Assembly: GCA_049314435.1 (NCBI GenBank)
Contig: JBMOFD010000012.1
Coordinates: 1 to 33,202 of the forward strand
Direction: 5' to 3'
Origin: Chlamydiia bacterium
GTDB lineage: Bacteria > Chlamydiota > Chlamydiia > Chlamydiales > JBMOFD01
Length of the DNA stretch: 33,202 nucleotides
The first letter of the stretch is position 1; each line of letters starts with the position of its first letter. Below, piece by piece: positions 16,822-25,885 of the stretch. The notes under the pieces are model-generated. The model made no database searches. It was not told the DNA's origin and saw nothing but the letters and a program-made list of their open reading frames with translations. The translations under genes and the position numbers were made by a program.

Positions 16822-18153
16822 TTAGCTGCTCTGCGAGCCGACAAGCTGTTCGGTCTCTTCGGGGATGCGTTCGACTTCCCTCTCTAGAAAGGTGATCGTG
16901 GCCTGAGCGGCCTCTTCCATCATGGCATGCGTATGCTGGATGCCGATGAAACAGGCTTCCACAGCCAGAGGTGGCAAGTAAAAGCCGTTGGCTAGCATCC
17001 AGCGCCAGTAGCGAGCATAGCGATCGCGATCCAGGCGACTTGTCCCCTCATGGTCGGTCACGGATGATACGCCAAAGAACAGCGTCCACATGCTCCCCAT
17101 TTGCTGGATACAGCCCGTAGCACCGATCTGACTCAAGGCCGCTTGAACAGGCTCAGTGAAGACTCTCACCGTCTCGTCCAGCCTCTCGTAGACACCCGGC
17201 GTTTGAAGCTGACGCAGCGTCTCTAGACCGGCGACCATGGCCACCGGGTTGCCAGAGAGGGTTCCCGCTTGATAGACAGGTCCCGTCGGAGCGAGACAAC
17301 TCATGATCTCTCGACTTCCTCCAAAGGCGGCGCAAGGCATGCCGCCGCCTACGATCTTGCCCCAACATGTAAGGTCGGGATCGATCCCATAGTAACCGGA
17401 AGCTCCGGAGGGCCCCAACCGGAATCCCGTGATCACCTCATCTAAGATCAACAGAGCTCCCGTCTGGCGAGTCGCGTCTCTCAACTGCTGCAGATAACCA
17501 GGAAGAGGCGGAATAACGCCCATGTTCCCTGTTACGGGCTCACAGATCACGGCCGCTAGATCGGGAGTATTCAGGATGAGATCGACGGCCGCCTGACTGT
17601 TCCAAGGGGCCAAAAGCGTCTCTTCCACGAAAGAGGGAGGAACTCCTGCTGAAGAACTAGTCTTCGTTAACCCCCACACCCCACTACCCGCCTGCACGAG
17701 GAGGTGATCGGCGTGCCCATGATAATGTCCTACGAACTTGAGGATCTTATTGCGTCCTGTAGCACCGCGCGCTAGGCGAATCGCACTCATACAAGCTTCT
17801 GTGCCACTGGACACAAACCTCAGCTGTTCCATCTTAGGGTACTGTCGCTGGATCGCTTCTGCTAAAAGAAGCTCTTCCTCTACTGGCATCCCAAATGAGG
17901 TACCGCCTGCCACACGATGCTGAATCGCTCGAACCACTTGAGGATGGGCGTGCCCTAGGATGAGCGCGCCCCAGCTGCACACGAAATCGACGTAACGACG
18001 ACCCTCTACATCGATCAGGTAGGCCCCCTCCCCCGCACGTGCAATGATCGGGCTATGTCCAACAGCCTTGCAGGTCCGAATCGGACTCGATACGCCACCC
18101 GCAAGGCGCTCTTGCATGCGGGCCCAGAGTGTTTGACTAGATGATGCGGGCAT
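16822..18153 (-). CDS. hemL: glutamate-1-semialdehyde 2,1-aminomutase
   Basis: 'GGVSSPIR', 'SWGALILGH', 'SSGTEACMSAIRLAR', 'YHGHAD', 'DEVITGFR', 'GKIVGGGMP', 'YQAGTLSGNP'. Confidence 0.97.
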   Translation of the reverse strand: MPASSSQTLWARMQERLAGGVSSPIRTCKAVGHSPIIARAGEGAYLIDVEGRRYVDFVCSWGALILGHAHPQVVRAIQHRVAGGTSFGMPVEEELLLAEAIQRQYPKMEQLRFVSSGTEACMSAIRLARGATGRNKILKFVGHYHGHADHLLVQAGSGVWGLTKTSSSAGVPPSFVEETLLAPWNSQAAVDLILNTPDLAAVICEPVTGNMGVIPPLPGYLQQLRDATRQTGALLILDEVITGFRLGPSGASGYYGIDPDLTCWGKIVGGGMPCAAFGGSREIMSCLAPTGPVYQAGTLSGNPVAMVAGLETLRQLQTPGVYERLDETVRVFTEPVQAALSQIGATGCIQQMGSMWTLFFGVSSVTDHEGTSRLDRDRYARYWRWMLANGFYLPPLAVEACFIGIQHTHAMMEEAAQATITFLEREVERIPEETEQLVGSQSS

Positions 18154-18317
18154 GAGATCTCCTTGCAACGGCTCTGGTGGCACAGTATGCAGATCCTCTC
18201 AAAGATCTGCCAAGCAGCTCATCAGAGATCAGCTATTTGATAGATTTATTTTCACATTTTGCACTTGCCTTCTTTACGTCATCTAAATAACTTATATACT
18301 ATGGACGGAGGAGCGGC

Positions 18318-19292
18318 ATGAACCGAGTCGACCAGGTAGCCAGTCACCTATTCTGCACGAGGACAGTCCCTGACTTTCTCTGCTACTCCACGGACCGTTC
18401 GATTTTAGCTAATGGACTGACCGTCCCTGCGCGTGTCCTGTATGGATTGGCGCTCACGGCCACACGCACACTAGCTTTGGCCTATCGAATCGCGACAACC
18501 CATCCCCTCCAGACCGCCAAGTCTCTTTGGGAGGCCGTCAAGAGCTGCGCCACGATCAGTTTTGTACTAGAGCTATGCTTGACTGCTTTGTCTTCAACGG
18601 CTGGGACGATGCTCGCTCGTGGGATCGTGCTCTCTCAGGGACTGCCCATCATCTTTGGCGTGTTAGCACTCTCGGGTGGTTTTGCCATGGTCGGCATGCT
18701 AGTCATTGCCAAGGATGGCACACAGGCTCAGCTGAAACAGCGCGCCTTGGAGGTGAGTTTTGGCATGTTGGAGAGCCTACTCTTGAGCTTTGCGGTCGGA
18801 TACGTGATCTCTCGCCAGTTCAAAGCGACGAACCAGACAAAGATCGACGAAGTCATCGCCAAAGCGGGACCACTTCCCAAGGCCGAGGAGATCTTCCTCA
18901 ACCAGAGCGGTGATGTGGTGTTTGGCTTTGATGGGGCTGAGGTGGCTAAGACCCATCCGCAGATGATGCCGACCCTGCCCGAAACATATGAGAAACTGGT
19001 TCCTTTTAGCGAGCGCGCACCCACCATCGGCGTGCTTCATTGGGTTTCGGCAGAGCAATGGCAGGTGGGTCTAGCCACTTGGAAGAAGATGCGGGTTCCC
19101 TTTTACCACAAAATCGGCAACACAACCACGGTGGGATATAGGACTCAATGGATGAGCCATGGGTACACGCTGAAGGAGGGAGCAAGATTCGGTACGTTCC
19201 CGCTGTGGCCTAAGGGGCTGAGAGAAACCATAGGGACCAGCCTTGCTATACAGCGAGGCCTTTCTAGCGGTCAGCAACGAAGCTCGTCATAG
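18318..19292 (+). CDS. hypothetical membrane protein (Inc-like candidate)
   Basis: GGAGG RBS and AT-rich upstream region. Long hydrophobic block at about aa 80-130 plus one at about aa 145-165. No signal peptide. Confidence 0.7.
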   Translation: MNRVDQVASHLFCTRTVPDFLCYSTDRSILANGLTVPARVLYGLALTATRTLALAYRIATTHPLQTAKSLWEAVKSCATISFVLELCLTALSSTAGTMLARGIVLSQGLPIIFGVLALSGGFAMVGMLVIAKDGTQAQLKQRALEVSFGMLESLLLSFAVGYVISRQFKATNQTKIDEVIAKAGPLPKAEEIFLNQSGDVVFGFDGAEVAKTHPQMMPTLPETYEKLVPFSERAPTIGVLHWVSAEQWQVGLATWKKMRVPFYHKIGNTTTVGYRTQWMSHGYTLKEGARFGTFPLWPKGLRETIGTSLAIQRGLSSGQQRSSS

Positions 19293-19373
19293 CAACAACA
19301 AGTCCTAGGCTAGATGCCGAGCAGACAGGCGGCTGGTGACGGTGCGGCGATCCCTATCAATTAGGAAGTTTTC

Positions 19374-19811
19374 TTACAGGACAATGCAAGTGTTGTCCGG
19401 CACTGGAGAAAAGTAGTCCAACCATCGATGTTCACTCCTAGGCGGTCTTGTGTCCGCCGGTGGCTGCCCAGCAGTTGCTGTGAACGCCCTGGACACCTTC
19501 TCTTGGACGCTTTTCGTCAGTGCACGAGTCGCCGCTTCGTTGAGTGACCTTAAAAGAGCCGCGGTAGCCTCCACCGAAAAAAGCTGTGGCGAGGCGAGTA
19601 ACGGTTGTTTGATTGCCGATACTCGAGTTGATTGATCCTCTGGTGGCTTTGCCTCAGCCTGGGTGGCGGGTCCTTCCTGGTGCGGTAGGAACTGGCTAAC
19701 CATGGATGCCGTCCGCTCTGCCGCAGTAGCTTTTACCAGCGGTCGAAAAGCACCTCTCCCGAAAACCGCTGTCGATGTAAGACGAAGACCCGCTGATGAG
19801 ATTGATGCCAT
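19374..19811 (-). CDS. hypothetical protein with C-terminal CaaX motif (CIVL)
   Basis: 145-aa ORF from ATG 19811 filling the gap between 19292 and argR. Ser/Thr/Arg-rich N-terminus; ends TGC ATT GTC CTG TAA. Confidence 0.6.
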   Translation of the reverse strand: MASISSAGLRLTSTAVFGRGAFRPLVKATAAERTASMVSQFLPHQEGPATQAEAKPPEDQSTRVSAIKQPLLASPQLFSVEATAALLRSLNEAATRALTKSVQEKVSRAFTATAGQPPADTRPPRSEHRWLDYFSPVPDNTCIVL

Positions 19812-20116
19812 AGTCCGCTGCCAAGGTTTCCTTGCTAATTGCACGCAATATCATAGAACGGACGCGGCAGGAAACCCAGCACTTTTATGAGCTGGCGCCG
19901 CCACGGCATGGTCTGGGAGTGATCTTTGAGGAAAGTCAAAGCGACCTAGCTCAAAACGGCTTCTGGCAGCCTTGTCAAAGGCTATCGTTGTACAACGAGC
20001 TCTTGCTGATGGCCGCCTAATCGAACATTTCTACCTAGTCCGACAAACAGCGACTCTGCAAGAAATCCAAAAACCCTATGCTAGATGCCGAACCACTTGA
20101 TTGGACCGGGAGACTC

Positions 20117-20548
20117 ATGGATCGTACGCAGCGTCACCAGATTCTCGAATGGCTGCTCCACCAGGAGCGGTTTGAGGACCAGGCTCGTTTGGCTGAACGG
20201 CTGAGTGAACGGTGTGGCACACCCGTGACTCAAGCCATGGTGTCTCGAGATCTCAAAGCGATTGGAGCGGTAAAGCGCTTAGATGGTTCCTATGGCAAGG
20301 CCGCTGCAGACATCCAGCGCGCGCTTCTCCGTGAGGCTGTGCTCAGAATTGAACACAACGGTGCGATCATCTGCATCTCGTGCGTGGCAGCTTGCGCTCC
20401 CTTCATTGGGGCCGTCCTTGATGAGGAGGTTCCCTCTCTATTAGGATGCATCGCTGGCGAGAATATGGTGTTTGCAACACCTAAGGACCTGCAGAAGATC
20501 GACCAGGCCGTCCGAGACATCAAAGAGGTCTTCTTCGGAGGGCCTTGA
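20117..20548 (+). CDS. argR: ArgR-family transcriptional repressor with a divergent ligand pocket
   Basis: Winged-HTH 'VTQAMVSRDLKAIGAVK' and C-terminal domain 'IEHN...LLGCIAGENMVFATP' (consensus GTIAGDDT). GGGAG RBS before ATG 20117. Confidence 0.88.
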   Translation: MDRTQRHQILEWLLHQERFEDQARLAERLSERCGTPVTQAMVSRDLKAIGAVKRLDGSYGKAAADIQRALLREAVLRIEHNGAIICISCVAACAPFIGAVLDEEVPSLLGCIAGENMVFATPKDLQKIDQAVRDIKEVFFGGP

Positions 20549-20560
20549 TCAGGAGTCCGG

Positions 20561-20884
20561 TCAGACGCTAGCGCGACTCTTTGGGGCCGGAGTTGGGGCC
20601 GGGGCATTTTTTGGAGTTGGCTTAGGCGTTTCACCTTCGACTGGTGGCTCGTCGATGAACTCATCGCTCATATTGCCTTCTGCCACGTCCCCGTCCATCC
20701 AGGTCTCCTGCCAGCTGTCCCATAGGGCTCCTGTCGAGGGTGGAGTTGCGGCCGCCCCGCCACTAGCATCCGATAGCTGCTCCTGTACCACCTCGGAAAC
20801 AGTCAGCGGATCGGTGATCATGGGCTCTCCCGCCAGAGCCACATTCGATGCAAACAGCAGCGACATCCATACACAGCAACGCAT
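20561..20884 (-). CDS. small secreted acidic, Pro-rich hypothetical protein
   Basis: AAGGAG RBS, signal peptide 'MRCCVWMSLLFASNVALA/G', and a PKPTPKNAPAPTPAPK tail. Confidence 0.65.
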   Translation of the reverse strand: MRCCVWMSLLFASNVALAGEPMITDPLTVSEVVQEQLSDASGGAAATPPSTGALWDSWQETWMDGDVAEGNMSDEFIDEPPVEGETPKPTPKNAPAPTPAPKSRASV

Positions 20885-21021
20885 AGTCTCTCCTTGAGTT
20901 CTACCTGCACACTAGCTAATTGCTGGGGAGGAGTGCAAGAAGTTGCCCAAAAACCCTTTCAAAAAACCAACTCTTCTATCAATCTCTGCTTGACTGGTAA
21001 AACCCCTGGGGGCCGCCCATC

Positions 21022-23790
21022 GTGCACTTCCGGTATAATTGGATCCGAGGCACCTGGCTGCTCAGCTGGGTGTTCAGTCCGTTGGGATATGCCCTGACTT
21101 GGCAGTCCTTCATCTATACGGTGCCTGCCGGAGGATCGACCGTCAGCCTCTCGCCCGGTCCTTATGGTCAATATGAGCAGCTGTTCACTTGGCCCAGCGG
21201 AGTGGGTGATCCAACCAACTACGGCCCAACCACCGACCTCTTCACCCCTGTTCCTGGCTCCCCAGATACCCTCTACTGGGGTATGGCCCAGTTTTCTGCA
21301 GCGGGTGGTGCTGGTTGGATTCGGGCAGGTATGCTCGTGCCTCCAGCAGAGCCTTACCCCTCTCCTCAGCCTCCGCAACGCACGCTGAACACCTATCCGC
21401 AGCTACAGGCAGGGGACATTAACCAGAACTTCCAGATCATCGGATCGCAGTTCATCGAAACAGCGACGATGTGTCAGGGTGTTCTCGCTCCAGTGACCTG
21501 GACTGAATCCAACAGTACAGGACCCACCTCGATCGCCTTGCCCTCGTCTGGGCAACCCCTCCGAGTCGGTGTGAACCTGACCTCGACCGGACCTAGTGAG
21601 CTCATGGAAGGCTGGGTCTGCGCGGGACCAGCCTCGACAGCAACGACCTGGTCGCAACTGGCCCAGCCAGGCTGGACGAGTACTAATTGGAATGGGATCG
21701 ATGGATTCTTCCTTGGGGGAGCCTCCACCTCGCAGTTCTCGACAGGAACTCCCCCCTTCGTCTTCACCTCCCTGTTCTTTGCCACAGGTGGTGCCACGCT
21801 GATCTACAACAGTTCAGCCGTCACGTTGAATGCCGTGCAGAACGACGCGAACAACGACTGGCTCCTCTACAACGGCGGACTCACCGTGCAGAACGGTGGT
21901 TTGCTGAACCTGACGGGTGTGGATGGCCTGCTGGAGGTCTTTAATACTTTGACCGTCCAGAGCGGTGGATCGGTCCAAAACTTGGGGAATGCGGTCTTCA
22001 GTGGCCCAAAGGTGCTCATTTCCAACTCTGGAACGATGAACACCGGAGAGACCTATATTGAAAGTGCCAACTGCCGACTCACGAAGGGCACTCTGCAGGT
22101 CTCCCCCACTAATGCTAGCGCCGACCATATCTACGGCCTATTCCTGGAGGGCGGAAGCGTCACCACAATCGGGTCGGGCACTGAAATCCTGGTCAATCCT
22201 AATGCGCAGCCATCCGGCGGGCAGGTCCTGATTAAACCTCAGGCCACTCTAGCTGGACTGGGCACACTGACCGCGCCGGTGGGGATTGCTTCTGAGGGAC
22301 TCATCGCTCCAGGGGATGGTTTCCATCTAGGGACGCTGACCTTCAATAACTCGCCTCTTACGCTCACGTCCAATAGCGAGATCTACGCGCAGACTTTTCC
22401 CGATTCGAATGACCAACTCAATGTAACGAGTAGCGTGGTTCGGTCCGGTAGGTTTGTGGCGAACATGCTCACCAAGCCAGATGAGGTGTACATTGAGGGC
22501 GACCGTTATGTGCTCTTCAATGCGAACTCGGTATCCGGCGGATGGGAAGCCCTCTACATCGCTTCAGGGGCCATCCTATCGCCGTTCCTGTCTGCTCGAC
22601 TCATCGATGCCAACACCCAGGTCATCCTAGAGATCTTCCGTAGTCGGAGCTATGCCAGCACCGCTCACTGCGCGCTGCAACTCAACGTAGCCTGCAACCT
22701 CGATGCCGCCCTGGTCTCAGACTGCACTTGCCCTCAGTTACTGAACGCCCTGTACACCACGGTCGACTATTTCACAGAGCAGCAGCTGGATTGCGGCTGC
22801 GTCTGGGACCTGCTCAGTGGTGCTGAATACGCAGACCAGATGCTCAGTGGCTCCGAAATCGGGTATGGGCTCAATCGCGTCCTGCAGTCGGAGATATGGC
22901 GTGCTCAAGATGCGTGGGTTCTTCCTGCTTCCCACCGCGCCAACCGCGGTTGGGTCAGCGGATTCATGTGGCAACAGCACTATTGGGACTCACTGGACGC
23001 GGTCTTTCCGATGCACAACCACGAACGTGGCGTGCTCATTGGTGCTGACTTCACCGTCGGTCCTAAGTGGGTCGTGGGAGCGGCCTTCCATGCCGCTGGA
23101 GCGAACAGCAGCTGGGCTGGCCTGTCCGGTGTCAGTTCCATCCAGGACTACGGTGGCTCAGCTTATGCCGGCTGGAGCCGCCCCGATCGCTATGTCCTTA
23201 GAGGATGGACCTGGTATGCCACAGCAAGTGCAAGCGCTGGCTACACCAGCAGCTCCATGCATCGAACACCTCTTTGCGACATGTGCACTGACTCCACCGC
23301 CAATGGGCTCTTGCTTGCCAGCAGATTGGAGGGTGGAGCACGTATTGACTGCGCTTCTGCCCTGGTGCAACCCTACCTAGCCCTGCAAGGCTCCTATTGG
23401 GGCCGCCAGAGCTTCTGTGAATCGGTCGTGGGACCGGCACTCGGACTCGATGACCAGCGCGCTAATGAGTGGCTCTCCTGCATCACACCAGGCATCCGTT
23501 GCTCCACCGTTATGAACACCCCCACTGGAATGCGTTTTAGTCCCGAGGCGATCTTCGAGATCAATCAGTACCTCAGTGGGAGAGCCCCCGAGGTGCAGCT
23601 GGCTTTCGAGGGCGGGCCATGCACCTATACTGCCTTTAATAGCGCTATCCCCTCACAAACACTGACCTTTGGTGTGGGTGGTGAGCTGATGGTGACCCCA
23701 CGCCTTCTGATCCAGCTTCGAGCCCAGGCAGAGGTCTGCCCTGGGTTCAGCTCCCTCGGTGGAAGTCTCGAGATCAACTACCGCTTCTAA
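21022..23790 (+). CDS. autotransporter (type Va) outer-membrane protein
   Basis: Signal-like N-terminus, G/T/S/N-rich beta-helix repeats ('LTVQNGGLLNL', 'LTVQSGGSV'), 'IAPGDG..GTLT' motif, roughly 280-aa C-terminal beta-barrel with 'QPY' and terminal 'SLEINYRF'. Confidence 0.88.
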   Translation: MHFRYNWIRGTWLLSWVFSPLGYALTWQSFIYTVPAGGSTVSLSPGPYGQYEQLFTWPSGVGDPTNYGPTTDLFTPVPGSPDTLYWGMAQFSAAGGAGWIRAGMLVPPAEPYPSPQPPQRTLNTYPQLQAGDINQNFQIIGSQFIETATMCQGVLAPVTWTESNSTGPTSIALPSSGQPLRVGVNLTSTGPSELMEGWVCAGPASTATTWSQLAQPGWTSTNWNGIDGFFLGGASTSQFSTGTPPFVFTSLFFATGGATLIYNSSAVTLNAVQNDANNDWLLYNGGLTVQNGGLLNLTGVDGLLEVFNTLTVQSGGSVQNLGNAVFSGPKVLISNSGTMNTGETYIESANCRLTKGTLQVSPTNASADHIYGLFLEGGSVTTIGSGTEILVNPNAQPSGGQVLIKPQATLAGLGTLTAPVGIASEGLIAPGDGFHLGTLTFNNSPLTLTSNSEIYAQTFPDSNDQLNVTSSVVRSGRFVANMLTKPDEVYIEGDRYVLFNANSVSGGWEALYIASGAILSPFLSARLIDANTQVILEIFRSRSYASTAHCALQLNVACNLDAALVSDCTCPQLLNALYTTVDYFTEQQLDCGCVWDLLSGAEYADQMLSGSEIGYGLNRVLQSEIWRAQDAWVLPASHRANRGWVSGFMWQQHYWDSLDAVFPMHNHERGVLIGADFTVGPKWVVGAAFHAAGANSSWAGLSGVSSIQDYGGSAYAGWSRPDRYVLRGWTWYATASASAGYTSSSMHRTPLCDMCTDSTANGLLLASRLEGGARIDCASALVQPYLALQGSYWGRQSFCESVVGPALGLDDQRANEWLSCITPGIRCSTVMNTPTGMRFSPEAIFEINQYLSGRAPEVQLAFEGGPCTYTAFNSAIPSQTLTFGVGGELMVTPRLLIQLRAQAEVCPGFSSLGGSLEINYRF

Positions 23791-23876
23791 AAAGATCCGC
23801 ACCTAAGCTCTGCTATGAGCGGGGTCACTTGCTCTTCCAGGCTTCCTCTGATTAAAGGTAGCCGTCGGAGGAATCT

Positions 23877-24965
23877 ATGCCCATCCCCCCAACTGGGTCC
23901 AATCCCATCTCGAACGTTCCAGTCTTGCAGACGCAGTCGACTGCGACTGGAAGCACCCCTGCCACAACCAGCAGCACATCCCCAGGAACGACCGCGTCAA
24001 CCCCAGCTCCAATCACGGCCCAGCCGATTGTGCCGGCCACCGCACCCCGACTCACCCAGATCTTTGACACCCTGCAGGACAATCTCAACAATGCTGCCGT
24101 CAGCACCACCCTCGGAAGTCTGTTCGGCAACATCGCCACTCAATACACCGGCGGAAATCTCTCAACGGCGCAAACGCTCTGCAATCAGCTCGGACAGCTC
24201 TTTCAGATCCTTAGACTCTGCGACCCTAGTGCGCCCAATGCCATGCATCTTGGCGCAGCGATCGCTCAGGTCACGGGGACTTCAGGCCCCGTGACCCTCG
24301 TATCCGCCTCACCGGGCACCATCACCTCGATCATCAACACCCTAAAGAACATCAACGTGACGCTCCCTCCGCGGAGCCTGGCCTGGAATGACAACGGCGT
24401 TCAGTGGAACATTTCGTCCCAGCCCGCCCCCCAAAGGATGAACCTTTGGCAACTAGCCAGTATCCCCGAAGTGACTGTGGGCGCCAACATGGCCTGGTTC
24501 CAATGGTTCACCCCGGAGGGCGGCGGCACTCAATACTCCGAAGCCTCGCGTACAGGCTATCCCTATACCTGGCCTGTAGGATGCCCGAGACCTACTCCAG
24601 GGATCACCGCACAACCCAACATCAATCCCATGTCGATCTTCTATAACGACGCACAGGGGGGGGACTCCCATGCCCCGAATTTCGCCCGACATCTCTACTT
24701 CCCCTACGTTCCCGGGATGAACATCGTCTGGGTCCAAAGCGCCGATGGCAACGATACCCATCAGGCCGCCATGGGCAGTGATGTCAGTCCGGGCAACAAC
24801 CGTAACTCTGTCGATGTGAAATGGGTAGATAGCGTTTGGCCCACTAACCCCGGCGATCCAAAATCCGTGGCGATGCGTATCACCATGCCTGGGATCAGCA
24901 TGGCCTACTCGGTTCTGTGGGGCACCTACTCTCTCGGCGCCCTGTCCAACGCCATGTTTGTCTGA
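23877..24965 (+). CDS. hypothetical protein with Ser/Thr/Pro-rich N-terminus (candidate secreted effector)
   Basis: GGAGG RBS; 'MPIPPTGSNPISNVPVLQTQSTATGSTPATTSSTSPGTTAST'. No Sec signal. Confidence 0.75.
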   Translation: MPIPPTGSNPISNVPVLQTQSTATGSTPATTSSTSPGTTASTPAPITAQPIVPATAPRLTQIFDTLQDNLNNAAVSTTLGSLFGNIATQYTGGNLSTAQTLCNQLGQLFQILRLCDPSAPNAMHLGAAIAQVTGTSGPVTLVSASPGTITSIINTLKNINVTLPPRSLAWNDNGVQWNISSQPAPQRMNLWQLASIPEVTVGANMAWFQWFTPEGGGTQYSEASRTGYPYTWPVGCPRPTPGITAQPNINPMSIFYNDAQGGDSHAPNFARHLYFPYVPGMNIVWVQSADGNDTHQAAMGSDVSPGNNRNSVDVKWVDSVWPTNPGDPKSVAMRITMPGISMAYSVLWGTYSLGALSNAMFV

Positions 24966-24976
24966 TAGATCGTCGC

Positions 24977-25885
24977 TCAGTTCAATGGAGCCAGCCGTTC
25001 AATGATCCACGTAGGTCGATCCGAGGCGGGCCACCCTTCCATCAAGGACGAGAGTTTCTGCCCCGTCTGTAGCAGCCCAGTCATGCGACCTGTGTCGATC
25101 ACCAACGCGCTCTTCAACCCCACTCCACTCGCCCCTCGAATATCGGTATCTGGAGTATCCCCAATCATGACCATGCGATCATGAGCAATCCCCTCTAAAC
25201 AGGGCATCGCAAGCGCATATTGAAAAATCCTAGGGGCAGGCTTGCCAGCCCACTCAACCGAGACGCCCAGCCGCTCCATCTCTTGAGCCACCAACCCCTG
25301 ACGCACCACCCAACGAGGAGGCGACCCCTCGGGCGCATAGCAGTCGGGATTGCCTACCACCACTGGTTTGCCTAGACTCGACCACTCACGAATCTGCGCC
25401 AATAGCGGCTCCAGAGTCGTGGTGTCCCCACCCAAATGGTGCGGAATAGAAAGGTAGAACCAATCGGCCTCCTCTGGCGTGGTCACCTCTTCAATGTGCT
25501 GTCCTGCAAACAGCCCTCGGTGCATCCCCCCATACTGAGGATGATCGCCAAATAGCACATAGACACGCCCTAGAGAGCCCTGATCTTGCCACGCCTGCGC
25601 GAGCACCTCTCCTGAGGTCACCAACGCATCGAAATGCTTCTCTTTCAGCAAACCATGCTTGGCATAACGAGCCTCTTCAGGCTCAGAACGTCGTGTGGTA
25701 TTCGAAACAATGACGATCCGCTTGCCAAGGCGATGACACTCCTCTAGAAATGGGAGCACGCCTGGGAAGACACCCTCGCCACTCCAAAGCACCCCATAAG
25801 CATCCAAGAGCAGGGCATCAACCTCATTGAAAAGATCTCTGGCTGAGGGGAAGATCTTGAGATCCTCTCTAGAGTGAGCTTGCAT
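24977..25885 (-). CDS. HAD-superfamily subfamily IIA hydrolase
   Basis: 'LLDAYGVL' (motif I variant), 'VSNT', 'GNPD', 'GKPAP', 'IGDTPDTDI'. Overlaps the mtnN stop. Confidence 0.9.
   Translation of the reverse strand: MQAHSREDLKIFPSARDLFNEVDALLLDAYGVLWSGEGVFPGVLPFLEECHRLGKRIVIVSNTTRRSEPEEARYAKHGLLKEKHFDALVTSGEVLAQAWQDQGSLGRVYVLFGDHPQYGGMHRGLFAGQHIEEVTTPEEADWFYLSIPHHLGGDTTTLEPLLAQIREWSSLGKPVVVGNPDCYAPEGSPPRWVVRQGLVAQEMERLGVSVEWAGKPAPRIFQYALAMPCLEGIAHDRMVMIGDTPDTDIRGASGVGLKSALVIDTGRMTGLLQTGQKLSSLMEGWPASDRPTWIIERLAPLN

Noticed and set aside
19832..20100. Short plus-strand ORFs upstream of argR
   Set aside because: No good start or RBS and no recognisable motif; treated as intergenic.
20959..24761. 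Numerous alternative-frame ORFs within the autotransporter and the downstream gene
   Set aside because: Expected shadow ORFs in GC-rich coding DNA.
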